NCBI RefSeq assembly: GCF_000143415.4
Contig: NW_003314261.1
Coordinates: 3,464,880 to 3,528,879, forward strand
Length of the DNA stretch: 64,000 nucleotides
Direction of reading: 5' to 3'
Source of the DNA: Selaginella moellendorffii
Taxonomy: Eukaryota; Plantae; Lycopodiophyta
Both the position numbers and the translations under genes were made by a program. Position 1 is the first letter of the stretch. Every line of letters starts with the position of its first letter. A model generated the notes under the pieces. That model saw nothing but the letters and a program-made list of their open reading frames with translations, did not search any database and had not been told where the DNA came from. This document shows positions 12,422 through 24,638 of this stretch, piece by piece.

Positions 12422-12790
12422 TGTCAAGACCCCCAACAAAATCAAGACTGGAAAATGCAAAAGACAAAGAGAAAAGCTAGTGGAAACAAAAAAGAAGCCT
12501 TAGACTGGTGTTGATTCAGATTGTGGAGAAATGGAACAAGGTTAACCTATATATACTATAGGTTGTTGAAGCTCCACCACTCTTGGATCAAGGACGGCAT
12601 AAATATAGCTGAGGTCGAGGAGGCACCACATCATCATCAGGAATGTGGCTCAAGACTCAGGAATCGTACAGGAAATCAAAGAGTCAGGAATAAGGAAAAG
12701 TCTCGAGAGTTAGGAATAGAGAAGTGTCTTGAGAATTAGAAATGTGGTCTGCAGGTCAAGAATCCAGCAAGATTCAAGAATGTGGTATGA
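12422..12790. mobile_element. Possible LTR fragment
   Basis: TGTCAAGACCCC terminus, a TATATA-containing near-palindrome at 12545-12565, and repeated TCA(G/A)GAAT motifs in an otherwise AT-rich spacer. No partner end or TSD found. Confidence 0.35.
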
Positions 12791-13620
12791 ATTGGGGGAT
12801 TCCTAAGAGCATGTAAAGCAACTCTTCATAATTTTGCTACTAATCCTCATGTATCCAAATTTCTTTTATAGGAATATGAAGGTTGATATATATCATTGGT
12901 TTGATCATTTTACAGTAATAATGTTTGGCGTTTGTGAAAGTTTCTTATATATTTCCAAAGGATGAGATTATAGTGGTACAATAGTTTAAATGGTATGGAT
13001 TGGAGTCTTCTCTTAAATGTCTTTAAAATGCATATTTAGACATGCTAATAATTATTATTCTCCTACTAATACACTATAATAAGAATAAACTCAAGGAGAC
13101 ATGATGCTTCTAACAAGGAAAGAAGAAAAAAGAAACTACTTTACTTTGATTAAAATTGTTGTACTGATTTCCTGTAAGCTCAATATTATTATAAGCATTT
13201 TAAGTAGTTATTTCTAGAAGCTTAGATTTATTTAGTTTACTATACAGATAATTTATTTCGATTGAAACAAAGATTGAAGGAAATGACTAAAATAGTTAAG
13301 TTATTTCAAACTTTGTGCAGCATATTCCATTCTAGAATCTAGATGTGCAAACATAAAGAGCAACAATGAGCCAGATATCTTCTAGGTGTTTGAACCTGAC
13401 TCATATAGTGCTCGTTGTGGAAGCGTGTTATTGTTGTGATCAAGCATTGTCAGAATACTAGAGCACAAAAAAATGTTTAAAAAGACACTCCTGACAAAAA
13501 AGTGTAATAATAAACATAGTAGAATCACAAAAAGAATGATCTGGGTTTTACGTACACTCCTGGAGAAACTGAAAAAACCTCCAAACTCTGTCCAACTCCC
13601 ACGGGGAAAATTTTTTCCTC

Positions 13621-14864
13621 TCACAAAATGTAAGCTGCCTTCTCTTTGGAGACGACGGGAAGAAGTTTAGCGAGGATTGGCTCGTAGTGATCGCCACCAG
13701 CACCACACCAACCTGCAAACTTCCCGGCTCAGACCATTCAAAGCAAACACACGGAAAAAAGAAACAAGAAAAACGAACCTGTTCCCCTCATAAGTAAGAA
13801 AACGGGCGGATGACTGATCTCTTGCCGCGGGGAGTGCGGAAGAAAAAAAATCAAGCCTTCAGAGTTCTCGGCGCTGCCATCTTTCCCATGAACTTGCACC
13901 TAAAGCAAGAAAGAGAAAACTTTTAATACCACCAAAGGATGACAAGTGTGATGTTCTTACCACAAACAACTGTCGCTGGAACTCGCTCGCCAGTGCTTGG
14001 ATGGCGATGTCATCTCCAAAGGCCGCAGCTTTCCCCTCGGCGTTCATCTCCACGCTGAGCAGCCCCTCCTCGGTGTACAGCAAAGTCACAATGTCATACT
14101 CGTCCGTGGCCTGACCGGAGATGGACATATACTTCGCCCAGCTGCAAGCGTCGCGCACACGTAGGCAATGCTCGTTGTACACTGATTCTATCGCTGACTC
14201 CCTGCAAAGAACAAGAAAAAGGTAGTTTTTCACAGAGGAAACGGAAATAAAAACCTCACCTTGACATGCCAACTTGAATCATCTCCTCGATCTCGGTCTC
14301 CAGGGCCTCCCTGTCGGTTTTCTTTGCCAGGAGTTTCACCTCCTGCACGACGTGAACGCCCCAGCCCGTGGACATGTCCGGGGAGTAGAGGTTCTTGATG
14401 ATCTTGTCCAATCTCTCCTTCTCCTCCGCATCCGCGGCCTCGTAGTCGTCCACAAACCTGCGCACAGTCGCGAGCCGGATCTCCACCGGCGCCTCCTTGA
14501 GCTGCATTGCTCGCTGGACCGCCGTGAAAAGGCAGTTCCCATCCGCCTCCACGTCCCCTCCATACTGCAAGCCATACACCTTGGCGACTGGCAAGCTCGG
14601 GTGCTGCCAGAAAACTCCCCGGCTCGCAACCTTTTGGAGAACTCCCAGCTGCTGAGCGTCCAGCCCCCCTACGCTGTCCCAAGAACAAGAACAAGGCGGA
14701 TTTCCTCCACCGGAATCGCAAGAATCGCTGCCGCTTTCCCACTTCCACGACGCCGCCGCCGCCTCCACGGAACAACGCGACGGCGCGACGACGGCGGCAG
14801 CGGCGGCAGCGCTACGGCATTGCTGAGCTACCAGTCCCCCTTCCACACCAACGGGCCTTCCCAT
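13621..14864 (-). CDS. OTU-like cysteine protease domain protein
   Basis: Cys loop DVEADGNCLFTA, FGDDIAIQALASEFQRQLFVVQ, and His loop GGDHYEPI in the last exon. Stop TGA at 13621-13623. Confidence 0.8.
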
Positions 14865-15221
14865 GGATCGACCAGCGCAGATTACCACTGCCAAAATCCG
14901 AGCTTCCTAGCCGCACCGCGCATAGATCCGAGCTGCCAAGACCTAGATCTAGCCCTCCCGGCCTGGGACTAGACAATGCGAGGCCGCATTGGAGCACCGA
15001 GCTTACCAGCACCGAGCGCCCGCTTCGCCATTTCCCCCGGCCCTAGGTTAGAATATTCTGCCCGTACTCCCAATTCAGCGAATATCCCCCTCGGGGTGTA
15101 CGTTGCGGGAATATCCGCCACGGGCATATCCGTTTTGGCGGGAGGAATGTCCACGCGGCATGTTTTTAAAAATTCTTTCGATTCAAATTTAAAACGGGGG
15201 CGCCCCGTGTGTGCGTCTTCG

Positions 15222-17307
15222 TCACAAGAGCTCCAGGAACGACAGATGGGAGTCGCGACGAGCCACGCCATTCTCGAACAGCTGAGGCAGCGACGCGATC
15301 CTGGGCAGATTTACCAGAAGATCGCCGGCTGATCCATGCCGGGTGAAGCACTGCTTCACCGAGTCGTGCAAACCACCGCTGCCGCTGCCAAAATCACCGC
15401 TGCTGCCGCTGCCAAGGCTTTCATCCATCTTGAGCGATGGCTTCTCGTCCAGCTCGAACAGAACGCCGCTGTTCCTGCCGCCGCTCTCACTGTTGTACGT
15501 GACGAAGCTCTTCTCGTCGGAACCGTAGCCTTCGCTGCCGTGGGCCGGATCGGCCGAGCTCCAGTCCGAGACCGAGTAAGTCGCCGGCACCCAGCCATCC
15601 TCCACGAACCCGGACATGGAGCTCACTCTAAACAGGCCACGCTCCGGGGACGGCTTGGCGGCGCTGGTCTCCCCGAGTAAGATCTGGGCGATCTCGTTGA
15701 GCACCTCCTTGTCGGTGAGAACCAGCACCCGCGGCTTCTGCTCGAGAGTGTCGTCGTCGTCCTCCTCCTCCTCGTCGATCTTGTCACTCGGGGTCGCTGC
15801 CACCAAAGCCTGTGAGTCGACACTACGAAGCGGGCACTCCTCTGTATCACTGTCATCGCTACCCCTCGATTCCATCACTGGGAGAAGAAAAACGAAGGAG
15901 TTTTGTCTCAGACCCACGCCACTGGACTGCTCGCAACTGCCTTACCTGAGCTTGGAGAGCAGCGGCTTTCTAGCGGCAGTTCTAGCTTCACTCTGGGACA
16001 CATCAACGGCTGCTCACTCTCCACTTGCTTAGACTTGGAATCACGGGTTACCTCCTGATGCAGCTCATCGTTCGGCGCGGGGCCGGCCAGGGCCTTCAAG
16101 CGGGCGTCGCACTGTAGGAGCTTCTCGTAATGCTTGTTGAGGACACCTTCCGGAAACTGCAAGACATGTCGCCTGGAGAGAAAGAAAAGGTGGTGATGAG
16201 ATTTTGCGTCATTTGTAAGCGAGAGTGATTGATACTAACTTGCATATTGTCGCTTCGCCTCCCGTGAAATCGGAGGTGGCCTCCCACAAGGTGTGCTTGC
16301 GCGGTTGCGGGTTGGTCTCCTTGAAGAACAAAGGCGGCCGCGATACCTGTTGGAACATAGAATTAGTTTCTAGTGGAACGTCGCGATGGCGTACCTCGAC
16401 TTCTAAGATTCCAAGTTGGCCATCTCCGTAGCTGGCTCGGATCGCTGATATATCAGACCATTGAAGCTCAATTTTGCTTTTGAGGCCGGTTTCCAGGACT
16501 TCCCAGACAAGTTTACGTTTCGCGTAGTAGCATTTGGCGACCACATCACCCTCGTATCGAGAAACTCGCTGAGAGAAAGCAGAAAAGATCGTAAGCTTCC
16601 AACAAGCAAGTCGAGAGCTATCACCGACCTCCCAAGAGCCGATCTTCAGTGTGGAAGCAGGAAAGTTGGACGCCTTGAGTTTGCCTTGGGACTGGTTGGC
16701 ATTTGGAATACCCGATCGATTGGCTATTCCTTGAGACGACCCATCGTTCAGCAGCGAGTCGCTGCTCCCGCAACCTTGACTAATTGTCATGGAAACGAGA
16801 TCAAGAAAAGATGGGGTCTTCTTGAGCGTCAAACCCAGCGGACTCGGTTCGTCCAAGGGGTGATACGAGTGAGCCGACACAGTGAAAGGCACTCTCGTCC
16901 TCAGCCGACCTTCAAAAGAACTTTCGCCGGACACAGTGGTAGCCCATGTTTTGGTCTGTAGACACAGCACAAAAAAACGAGAATGACCACTTCCACTAGA
17001 GTAAAAAAGAATGAAAAAAAAAAGAGAGAAAGGAACTAACCTTGAATGGAAGGTCTGAGAGCTTGTGGCGCTTGGGCCCGGGAGCGAGCTCCAAATCCTC
17101 ATCGTTGTCACACCTCTTCTGCTGGAAACTAACTCCTACGGGCACCTTGAACTCGCCCCCACTTTTCAATTGCAAGAGCATGTCCCCAATTTTGCCCAAG
17201 GCGCCTCGATCTGAGCTCCTCTGCCCGAAATGCAGCCCTTGCCAGCTGAGGCTGCTGCAATTCCCTGTCTCCGGCTCCCCACCGCCGTCCACAAGCCGCT
17301 GCACCAT
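15222..17307 (-). CDS. Plant PH-like domain protein (At2g24100/At4g30780-like family)
   Basis: PSPLGLTLKKTPSFLDL, KLKASNFPAS.LKIGSWE, VAKCYYAKRKLVWEVL..GLKSKIELQWSDI, PLFFKETNPQPRKHTLW..TSDFTGG, and C-terminal LPRIASLPQ. Confidence 0.85.
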
Positions 17308-17779
17308 AGCCGCCTCGCACAAATCCAGTCGCTTCCTCTAGGATTGATCACACGCTACGCTACCTCATCGCTCCTCCAGGGCCTTGCCAAGATCCACGAA
17401 AACCTCGCCGATCTGCGCTCTGATTTACCCAGCCCCAGCCGAGAATCGCGACAGCGGCCGGCGGCGCATCGCCACGTCCAAGAAATCGCAACGCGCCAAT
17501 GGAAATCCCACCTCGCCGATGCGCGACACAAAACCCTAGCGCTCTCCGCCCAGGAGGAGACTAGAGAAAAAAGGGAAAGAGAAAGAAGGGAATCGCGAGC
17601 CCGCCTCTTGCGCCCTGTAAATTATAAAAACAAATGGCGTGCCCGGGCTCTCTCTCTTTTCCCCCTTTTGTTGTTTCTGTTGAATGCGGTGGCCATGTGC
17701 CCCATGCCATGCCCATGGGCGAATATGCCCAGTGAATATCCCGGCATTCAATAATTGAGCAGGGGTTTGTGCAACACCG

Positions 17780-18170
17780 GTACCGACAATGAGCATTTGA
17801 CACGTGATTCTGAAATGTGGCCCCAAGTTGGCCACCACCGTACCAAAACCACTAACACACCAACATTGCGCTTGGGCCCCATGGCCGATGGCCCCTTTGT
17901 CGCCTCTTCACATATTCCTAAAGCCCACGTTTCTCAGAGCTTTCTAAGGGACGTGTCACTGTGGCGAAGCTGCGCAGACGCTTCCAGCCCGCCGGCGAAT
18001 ATGCGCGCCCCATTGACGTCATCGCGATGACGTCACCGCACCGGATGCCGAATGCCATGCCTGCCATGTCATGGATGGGTGCATTCAGTGTCCCCATGGG
18101 CGGCTTATCTGAGTGGGAGTACGGACGGATCGCAATGATGACGTGGATGGGCCACCGGGTCATGCATTAT
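17780..18170. promoter_or_regulatory. Cis-element cluster upstream of the 15222-17307 gene
   Basis: ACCGAC (DRE core) 17782, CACGTG 17801, ACGTGTC (ABRE) 17951, double TGACGTCA palindrome 18014-18035, ACGTGG 18141, CATGCA (RY) 18161. Confidence 0.45.
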
Positions 18171-18767
18171 GCGCGGATGGCCATGTATGGGTCCCATGCG
18201 CGGGGTGCATTGTAACTAGCCCTAGGCTCCCTGTCGTGTACGGCGGATAGAAATGTGGATATTTCGCTAGCAAAATCCGGTGGGATATGATCCGAGTGTG
18301 ATGGAGCCACGCTGGGCCATGCTCCAAGATCTAGGTTTGTGGCGCACAATGGGCGTGCCAGTCAAGCACAAAGAACTCGAGCTTTGCTTTGCTTGGGTCG
18401 ATCCATGGCTAGGAAAAATCTTCCAATCTTCCAATTCAAGTATTTACTTGGAAGATTGGAATTTGTCCAAGGACGTTTCTCCTTTGTCAAACGCTTACGC
18501 CGCTGGAGTTGTATTTTTTTCGGTCAGGAATGGTCCTGGAAATATACTGGAAACTTCACGGCCGTGAATCGTTTGATTGAAAAAGATGGATTTTTTTCGT
18601 CCAGCCTTTGACCTGGATCACAAATAAACGTGTGTTGGGTGATACGACGACCGATCTTCAGTAACTGGAAACGGAAACATCAATAGATTTTTAGAGAGAT
18701 CATCGCAAGGAAATGTTTCATGCTTACGTTATGTTATGCTTGTCAAAGCAGTAGAGATGAGATCCTT

Positions 18768-20312
18768 CTATCTTGCGTTTTTCCTGTATTCCCAGGGCTT
18801 TACAGGATTTGGAAAATGCCACAGTCCAACGCGTGCTCGTCTTGCCTCTTGCTCCCACTGAAAAAGTTTATAGCTCGATTTAAGCCTGAGAATTTTATCG
18901 TATCGTACCTCTGAGAGCTCTGGCCGGTGATCGTACTGAGAGTAGTGCCAGACGCAGCCTCTCTTTAGCAGCTGTTCCTGTGATTGGAGAAACAAACATA
19001 AAAACCTTGGGTCGAAAGCGATCAATAAAATACCTGAAGAAATCCGTGGCTAGTGTGCACGTCTGCTACTAAACGACCGTATTGGTCAGCTGTATAGACG
19101 TATACTCGTAGCTGCTGGCCTTCGACTAGTTTAATCAGCATTGCTTTGGATTCCGGTCCGTGAGGCATGCTGCTTTCAGGCGCGTCCACGCCCCTGTATT
19201 GAAAAAAAAGAAAAGATTTCACGAGAATGATACGATGGCTTACCTCAAGCGAATGCGATACTTGTGAGCAAGAACTTCGCTCCCGCGGCCATCGAACACC
19301 CTGCAACGAAGAGATTAGGACTCGTCCAAAACAATCAGCGAGTTCTGCCTGAGAGTAAGAAATCAAACTTGTAGCCTGCATCGAAAATCTGCTGCTGCAA
19401 CATATCTGCCTTCTTGTAGTCCCTATTTTCTCTCGCTCGGCGTCGCTTTTCTACAGCGTTAAACACCGAGCGTGGCACAGCTCTTTCTTCCCGGTCATCT
19501 TTGCTCACGTCCACAAAGACGGTGATGGTGTCACCGTCTGCTACACTGTGACCTTCCACCTGGGACGAGAGCAAACAAAAGATCGAATGCTCGAGAAACG
19601 AACAAGGAAAGCGAACTCATATTAAAAAACTTACTGGCAAAGTAGTGAATTCGTATTGTACACCTTTGGGCCAAGTGGGATACAGAGCCTGTGTGGAAGG
19701 GTTGGACGGAGTTGGCCCAACAACGGGATGAGACAAGCCATAAAATCGCAAAAGTCCCTTCACCAAGAGTTTCCACACAAGATACACGTAAGTATGGTTT
19801 TTAAAGAGAGAGCATTGACTTACTTGGAGATCACTCTTGCGTCGTGTTTGCAAGCTTTGCGTGATCAACTGGGTAGCCTCGGCAGCATTTCTTGGAGGAG
19901 GCTGCGAATCCTTCCACGCAGACAACAATTTCTTGTACCTGGGAGCGAGAGCGAATTCCTCTAAGCTTTAAACGCGAATTTTCTTCTCAAAACGCGTACC
20001 AGATGACTTGAGTCGCCCTTGTCGCCTGGACGAAGCTCGCTAGGCCTTCAGGGACCTGTGAAACAGCAAAAGATCACGGATTCCACAGCCTAGGAGCGAT
20101 AGATCTCGCTCTGGCGACAAGATTTCGATCCATACCTCGCCCGTGGCGTCGAAATGGAGAATGTCGCGCGCAAATGCGGCGAATCCCGCCTCGCTCGACG
20201 CGCCATAGCCGGCGTGGTGATCGCCGCCCCCGTAGCCAGCGGCGGCCTCGTGAGCTTGCTGCTTGATCGCATCGCACAGGCAAGCGCCAAGCTGCCTCAA
20301 CGCGTTGCCCAT
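18768..20312 (-). CDS. Staphylococcal-like Ca2+-dependent nuclease (CAN1/CAN2 type), N-myristoylated
   Basis: MGNALR..C start, VADGDTITVFV, IRLRGVDAPESSMPHG, DQYGRLVADV, LLKRGCVWHY..YD, ARRARVGLW..PNPVKPWEYRK. Confidence 0.92.
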
Positions 20313-20388
20313 AATTTGGCGGTAATATGAGCTTTGAGAGCTAGGGTTTATCAGTTCCAGGCTTTAGATCTGTGGCGCTGGTGGCGGA

Positions 20389-20472
20389 ATGGCGGCGATC
20401 TCGACGGCGCTTGCGGCATTTGCCCGGTATGGCTGCGATCTCGACGGCACTTGGTGCATTTGCCCGGTATGG
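20389..20472. repeat. Two-copy ~40-bp direct repeat in the divergent promoter/leader
   Basis: ATGGC(G/T)GCGATCTCGACGGC(G/A)CTTG..GCATTTGCCCGGT occurs twice in tandem. Confidence 0.7.
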
Positions 20473-20740
20473 GGATCACAAGGGAAATCGAATGCAAAGA
20501 AGAAGAAAAAGAAGGAAGAAGAAGGAAGGCATGGCAGCGAGCGAAGTTTTGGATGGATTTTCACCAAACGAGTTCCTTGATTCGTGCCATGATTGTGGGG
20601 AGTGATTTGCAAGGATAGCAACAACCGGGTTCCATTTTCCAGGTAGTGTTGCGTGCTCTCTACGCTTGCAGCTAAATTCCTTTCTTTTAGTTTTCTAGCA
20701 AGGCTTTGCAACGCGTGACAACGACGAGGAGAAGCCGGCA

Positions 20741-23387
20741 ATGTCTCACCCCAGCCCAGCGTTGCTCGTCGGGCATTGTCCATGGTAAGCTTCAAATGGT
20801 TTCTTTTTTTCCTAGCTTCGAGTTTTCTCTTCGTAGGTGCAATAGAAAGGACTCGAGTGTGACCGTCGGGATTGCAAACTATAGATGGCGGATCCACAAG
20901 GTATGAAAGCTTCGCCTTTCATCTTTCTTTCGTGGCCATCCCTTGTTGAAGTTGTGATTTTTATTTCCTCTTACGTTGCCATGCAGTGCTTGCTCGTCCG
21001 CCGGAGCTCTTACTTCGAGCGCGTGCTAGACACGATCGAACAAGACGAGCATTTGCTACCGCCGGGCTTCCCAGGCGGCGCCGCGGCGCTGGATGCGGTG
21101 GTGAGCTTCTGCTTCGACTCGCGAGTGCCGGTGATGAGGCCCTGGAACGTCGCTGCGCTGCGGTGTGCCGCCGAGTTCCTTGGCATGGACGAGCGGCGCA
21201 GCACGTCAAACTTGAGCAGCAAAGCCGACTCCTACCTCGTCCGCGTCGTGCTGCGAAGCTGGCCTCACACGCTGCTCGTCCTCGCCGACTGCTACAACGC
21301 GTTGCTTCCGCTGGCCGAGGAGCTGGGAATCGTCGGAAACTGCTTAGAGGCTCTTGCGACGATGATCGTCACCACCATCGGCAGCAGCAACACCAGTGAT
21401 GGTGGCGACGATGATAGGACTTGGTGGCTGGAGGATATAGTGCGAATGCCACCTGTTTTCTTCGGGAGGATGGTGAGATGCTTGAGAAGCAAAGGAGTCT
21501 GCGAGAGGTTCGTTGGCGAGCTCATTGTCAAGTGGACGGAGATGTGGCTCTTTAGCAGCAGCAGTAACACCAGCGGCGAGAACGACGACAAGAATGACCA
21601 GCCGCTAACTCTCACCAAGTCGCCTTCGACGGTTTCATCGCTAACGTCCTCGCTCGATGGTGTGGCAGCTGATCCGGATTGTGCTGAACGGTGCTTGGAT
21701 TTTGCGCTGGAGAGGATAGTTTCCAACGACGATGGCATGGAACTGGCGAGCTCGAGGACGTGCTCGTATTCTTCGTCCTGCGAGCGGGATCACGAGGAAG
21801 ATTCGAGGGTGAACGTATCTCCGGATCTCCAACTTAGCTGCAAGCCGAGAGTAAGTCACACGAGCTCGCCGGCTGGGAGTACTACGGCCTTAGAGAAGCT
21901 GGAACTTTTGGAAGCCTTGGCTGGGATACTTCCTTACGAGCGGACAGCACTTCCGGTCAGCTTCCTCTTTCTGCTCCTCCGGTATGCCTTTGCGATGGAT
22001 GCGAGCTCCGAATGCAAGTCTCAGATCGAAACGAGGATCTCCCTGCAGCTGGAGAATGCTACACTCGACGACTTTCTACTGCCGTTCAAGTCGCCCACGA
22101 AAGAGAACTGTGAGAGGAACTTGGAGCTGGACAGCATGAAGGCGATCGTAGCTCGGTTTCTCACTCAGCAGCAGCGTAACATTCTGAGCGCCAACAGTGA
22201 GCACCTGCTTCTCTGCCGCGGCTCGAGTGGTTCTCCGAATGCTATCCAGCAGCAGCAAACGGTGAGCTCGGTCGCACAGGTTTGGGACCAGTATCTCTCG
22301 GAGATTGCATGCGACGGGAAGATCTCTCCTCAGAAGTTCTCCGAGCTGGTGGAAGTTGTCCCTGCCTATGCTCGCGCCAACCACGATCAACTTTACAAGG
22401 CTATTCATATGTTCTTAAAGGTATGCTCGTGTTTTCTTGGTCGACTTCGTTGTTTCATGGGGTTTTCGTTTACAGGCACACGTTGATGCGTCCCAGCATG
22501 AACGAGCAGCAGTCTGCCGAGCTCTAAACTGCCTGAAGCTGTCACAGGAATCGTGCATTCAGGCCGTCCAGAACGAGCTGATGCCACTCCGGACTATAAT
22601 CCAAGCTATGTTTATGCAGCAGCTCCAGACCCGCAATGCTATCAACAGTCACCTGCGACCAGGGGGAGGATTACACCGCAGCCCCTCTCCAATCCCGCAG
22701 CAGCAGCAGCAAATGCGACTTAACCATTTTTCCGAAAAGGTTGTCATCGAAGGCCTCTTAGAGACCAACACGAGGCTGCAGGGCCTGGAAGAAGCGATGG
22801 CTCAGATGAGGAAGAGCTTGAGCGAGTCGTCGGCAACTAGGCTGAGTGACTTATTCGCTTGCAACGACAAAGAGGTGGTGAAAAACACCCGCAACGATCA
22901 ACACCAGGTCCAGGACAACGCAAGCAGCTGTAGGAGCAGCAGCGCGAGTAGTTCGCAGCGATCGCAAAAGAGCAGCAGTAGCAGCAGCAGCAAGAACTGG
23001 AAGAGGAAGTTCTTCCAGAGGCTCACAGGCCCCAGAGGTGGCGGCGGTGGCAGTAGCAAGGGAGTTGCCAGAGTCGCGCGAGTGTTCCAAAAGATGGGAA
23101 TTTGCCAAGCTGCCAGTAGGAGCTTTCCGGCCAGCAGCTTCACCGAGCTGCCGTACTGCGCATCAGGTGGAGCTCCAGCGCCACCGTCGACGCCGACCGG
23201 CTGCATTCCCATTCCTCCGCTGGACACACAAGAGAACAGCACCGCCACCAAAAACTCGAACTCTCCGGCGGTGATGAAGCAGCAAAAGAAGTCGAGCTGG
23301 GACGATGGCGAGCTGATGAAGCAACGGCACCAGCGTCACCAGCAACACCACCACAAGAAGCACTCGAGGCAGCACTCGGTTGCTTGA
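20741..23387 (+). CDS. NPH3/RPT2-like (NRL) BTB/POZ-NPH3 domain protein
   Basis: Spliced W|CNRKDSSVTVGIANYRWRIHK|CLLVRRS, FPGGAAALDAVVSFC, WNVAALRCAAEFLGM, WWLEDI, LENATLDDFLLP, HDQLYKAIHMFLK|AH, LNCLKLSQE...AVQNELMPLR. The start ATG at 20741 is tentative. Confidence 0.9.
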
Positions 23388-23737
23388 CTCCACACACAGG
23401 TACTTCTTTTACTTTTACTTTCTTCTCTTCTAAAGTTTTAGATCACAGGACCAAAGTCGACCATAACTTCCGGCAGGTATAAAATAAAAGTTTTTCCTTT
23501 ATTGTTTTCCGAACATTGTGTTTTCATCTCAGGGTATTGGATGTTTCTTGAACCATTTCGTCAAGTTTCTTTTGGTTCTCTCGTCTTTTATATGGTTAGC
23601 TTGCTTTTGCTTTTCTTTCACTGACAAGGCTCCCGTGCTCGATCACGAAAAGCCTTCCAGAATCCGGAGCATCAAACTTTTATATGTTCAACCAGGCTGT
23701 GAAACACCTCGTACGTTGCCGTTCTTCACTTGTAGCT

Positions 23738-24210
23738 ATGCTTCCTGTTCGCTCTCTTCTGATCTTTCTCGTCTTGCTTGGAGCAGTATGGTTGATAGAG
23801 GCGGAGATCCAAGAGCCGTGCAAGAGCAAGCTCCTCACTCTCCAGTCGTGCTTGCCTTACGTCACGGGCAAGGCCAGCAGTCCCACCTCGGACTGTTGCG
23901 GCGCCCTCAAGACTATCCGAGCTGGCGACCCGGTTTGTCTGTGCGAGCTCATCAGCGATGGAGGCTCTTCCTACGTCTCGGGCCTCAACATCACCACTTT
24001 GCTCGCTCTACCGGTGATTTGCAGTGTGGATGCCGATGCTTCCAAATGCCCAGGTATCGATCGATCGTAAAAATCACCCAGGAATCTTATGCATTGCTTT
24101 CTATTTCTCCAGAGTTGCTGAATGGAGCTCCACCACCAAAAAGTAGCTCTTCGCAAACCATGGTTGTCGCTAGAACGACATGGATACTACTAGTGTCCTT
24201 GTTCGTTTAG
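23738..24210 (+). CDS. GPI-anchored non-specific lipid-transfer protein (LTPG/xylogen-like)
   Basis: Signal peptide, eight-cysteine motif (C..CLPYV..DCC..CLC..LPVIC..C), one short intron, Ser-rich linker and hydrophobic C-terminal tail. Confidence 0.9.
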
Positions 24211-24266
24211 AAGAAGTTGTGTCAACGTGAACTCTTTGAGCTGATGAAAAAAAAAAAACTTTCGTT

Positions 24267-24638
24267 TCATCTCAGGATCTTCTTGAGCTTCTCGAGCTCG
24301 GTGATCCGCGCGGACATGGCGTTTGTGTGCGTGCGCTGGCCCCGGAGCGGCAAGCCCACCGTGTGGCGGTAGCCGCGGTACGAGCCGATGCTAATGAGCC
24401 GCTTGATATCCATCTGGACGGACAGCGCCAGCTCCTTCTCCACCAAGTGGTTCTCGTGGATGTAGTTCATCATCCGGTTGAAGAGCTCGTCCGGGACGCT
24501 GTTCATCTTGACATCGTCACCGATGCCAAACACCGCGCAGATCTCCGCGGCTTTCCTCCTGCCCACGCCGTAGATCCTCGGCAGCGCAAACTTGACTGCC
24601 TTGTTCATCTTGCGGAGGTCCGCATACGAGGTGGACAT
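24267..24638 (-). CDS. rps13: Ribosomal protein uS13, mitochondrial-type, nuclear-encoded
   Basis: NKAVKFALPRIYGVGRRKA and DIKRLISIGSYRGYRH..GLPLRGQRTHTNA. Intronless CDS, with a probable 5'UTR intron at about 24662-24819. Confidence 0.9.
   Translation of the reverse strand: MSTSYADLRKMNKAVKFALPRIYGVGRRKAAEICAVFGIGDDVKMNSVPDELFNRMMNYIHENHLVEKELALSVQMDIKRLISIGSYRGYRHTVGLPLRGQRTHTNAMSARITELEKLKKILR

Noticed and set aside
20885-20986. ORF-track start MADPQG for the NPH3 gene
   Set aside because: It reads through an intron. The BTB-like sequence is in another frame (SVTVGIANYRWRIHK) spliced to CLLVRRS.
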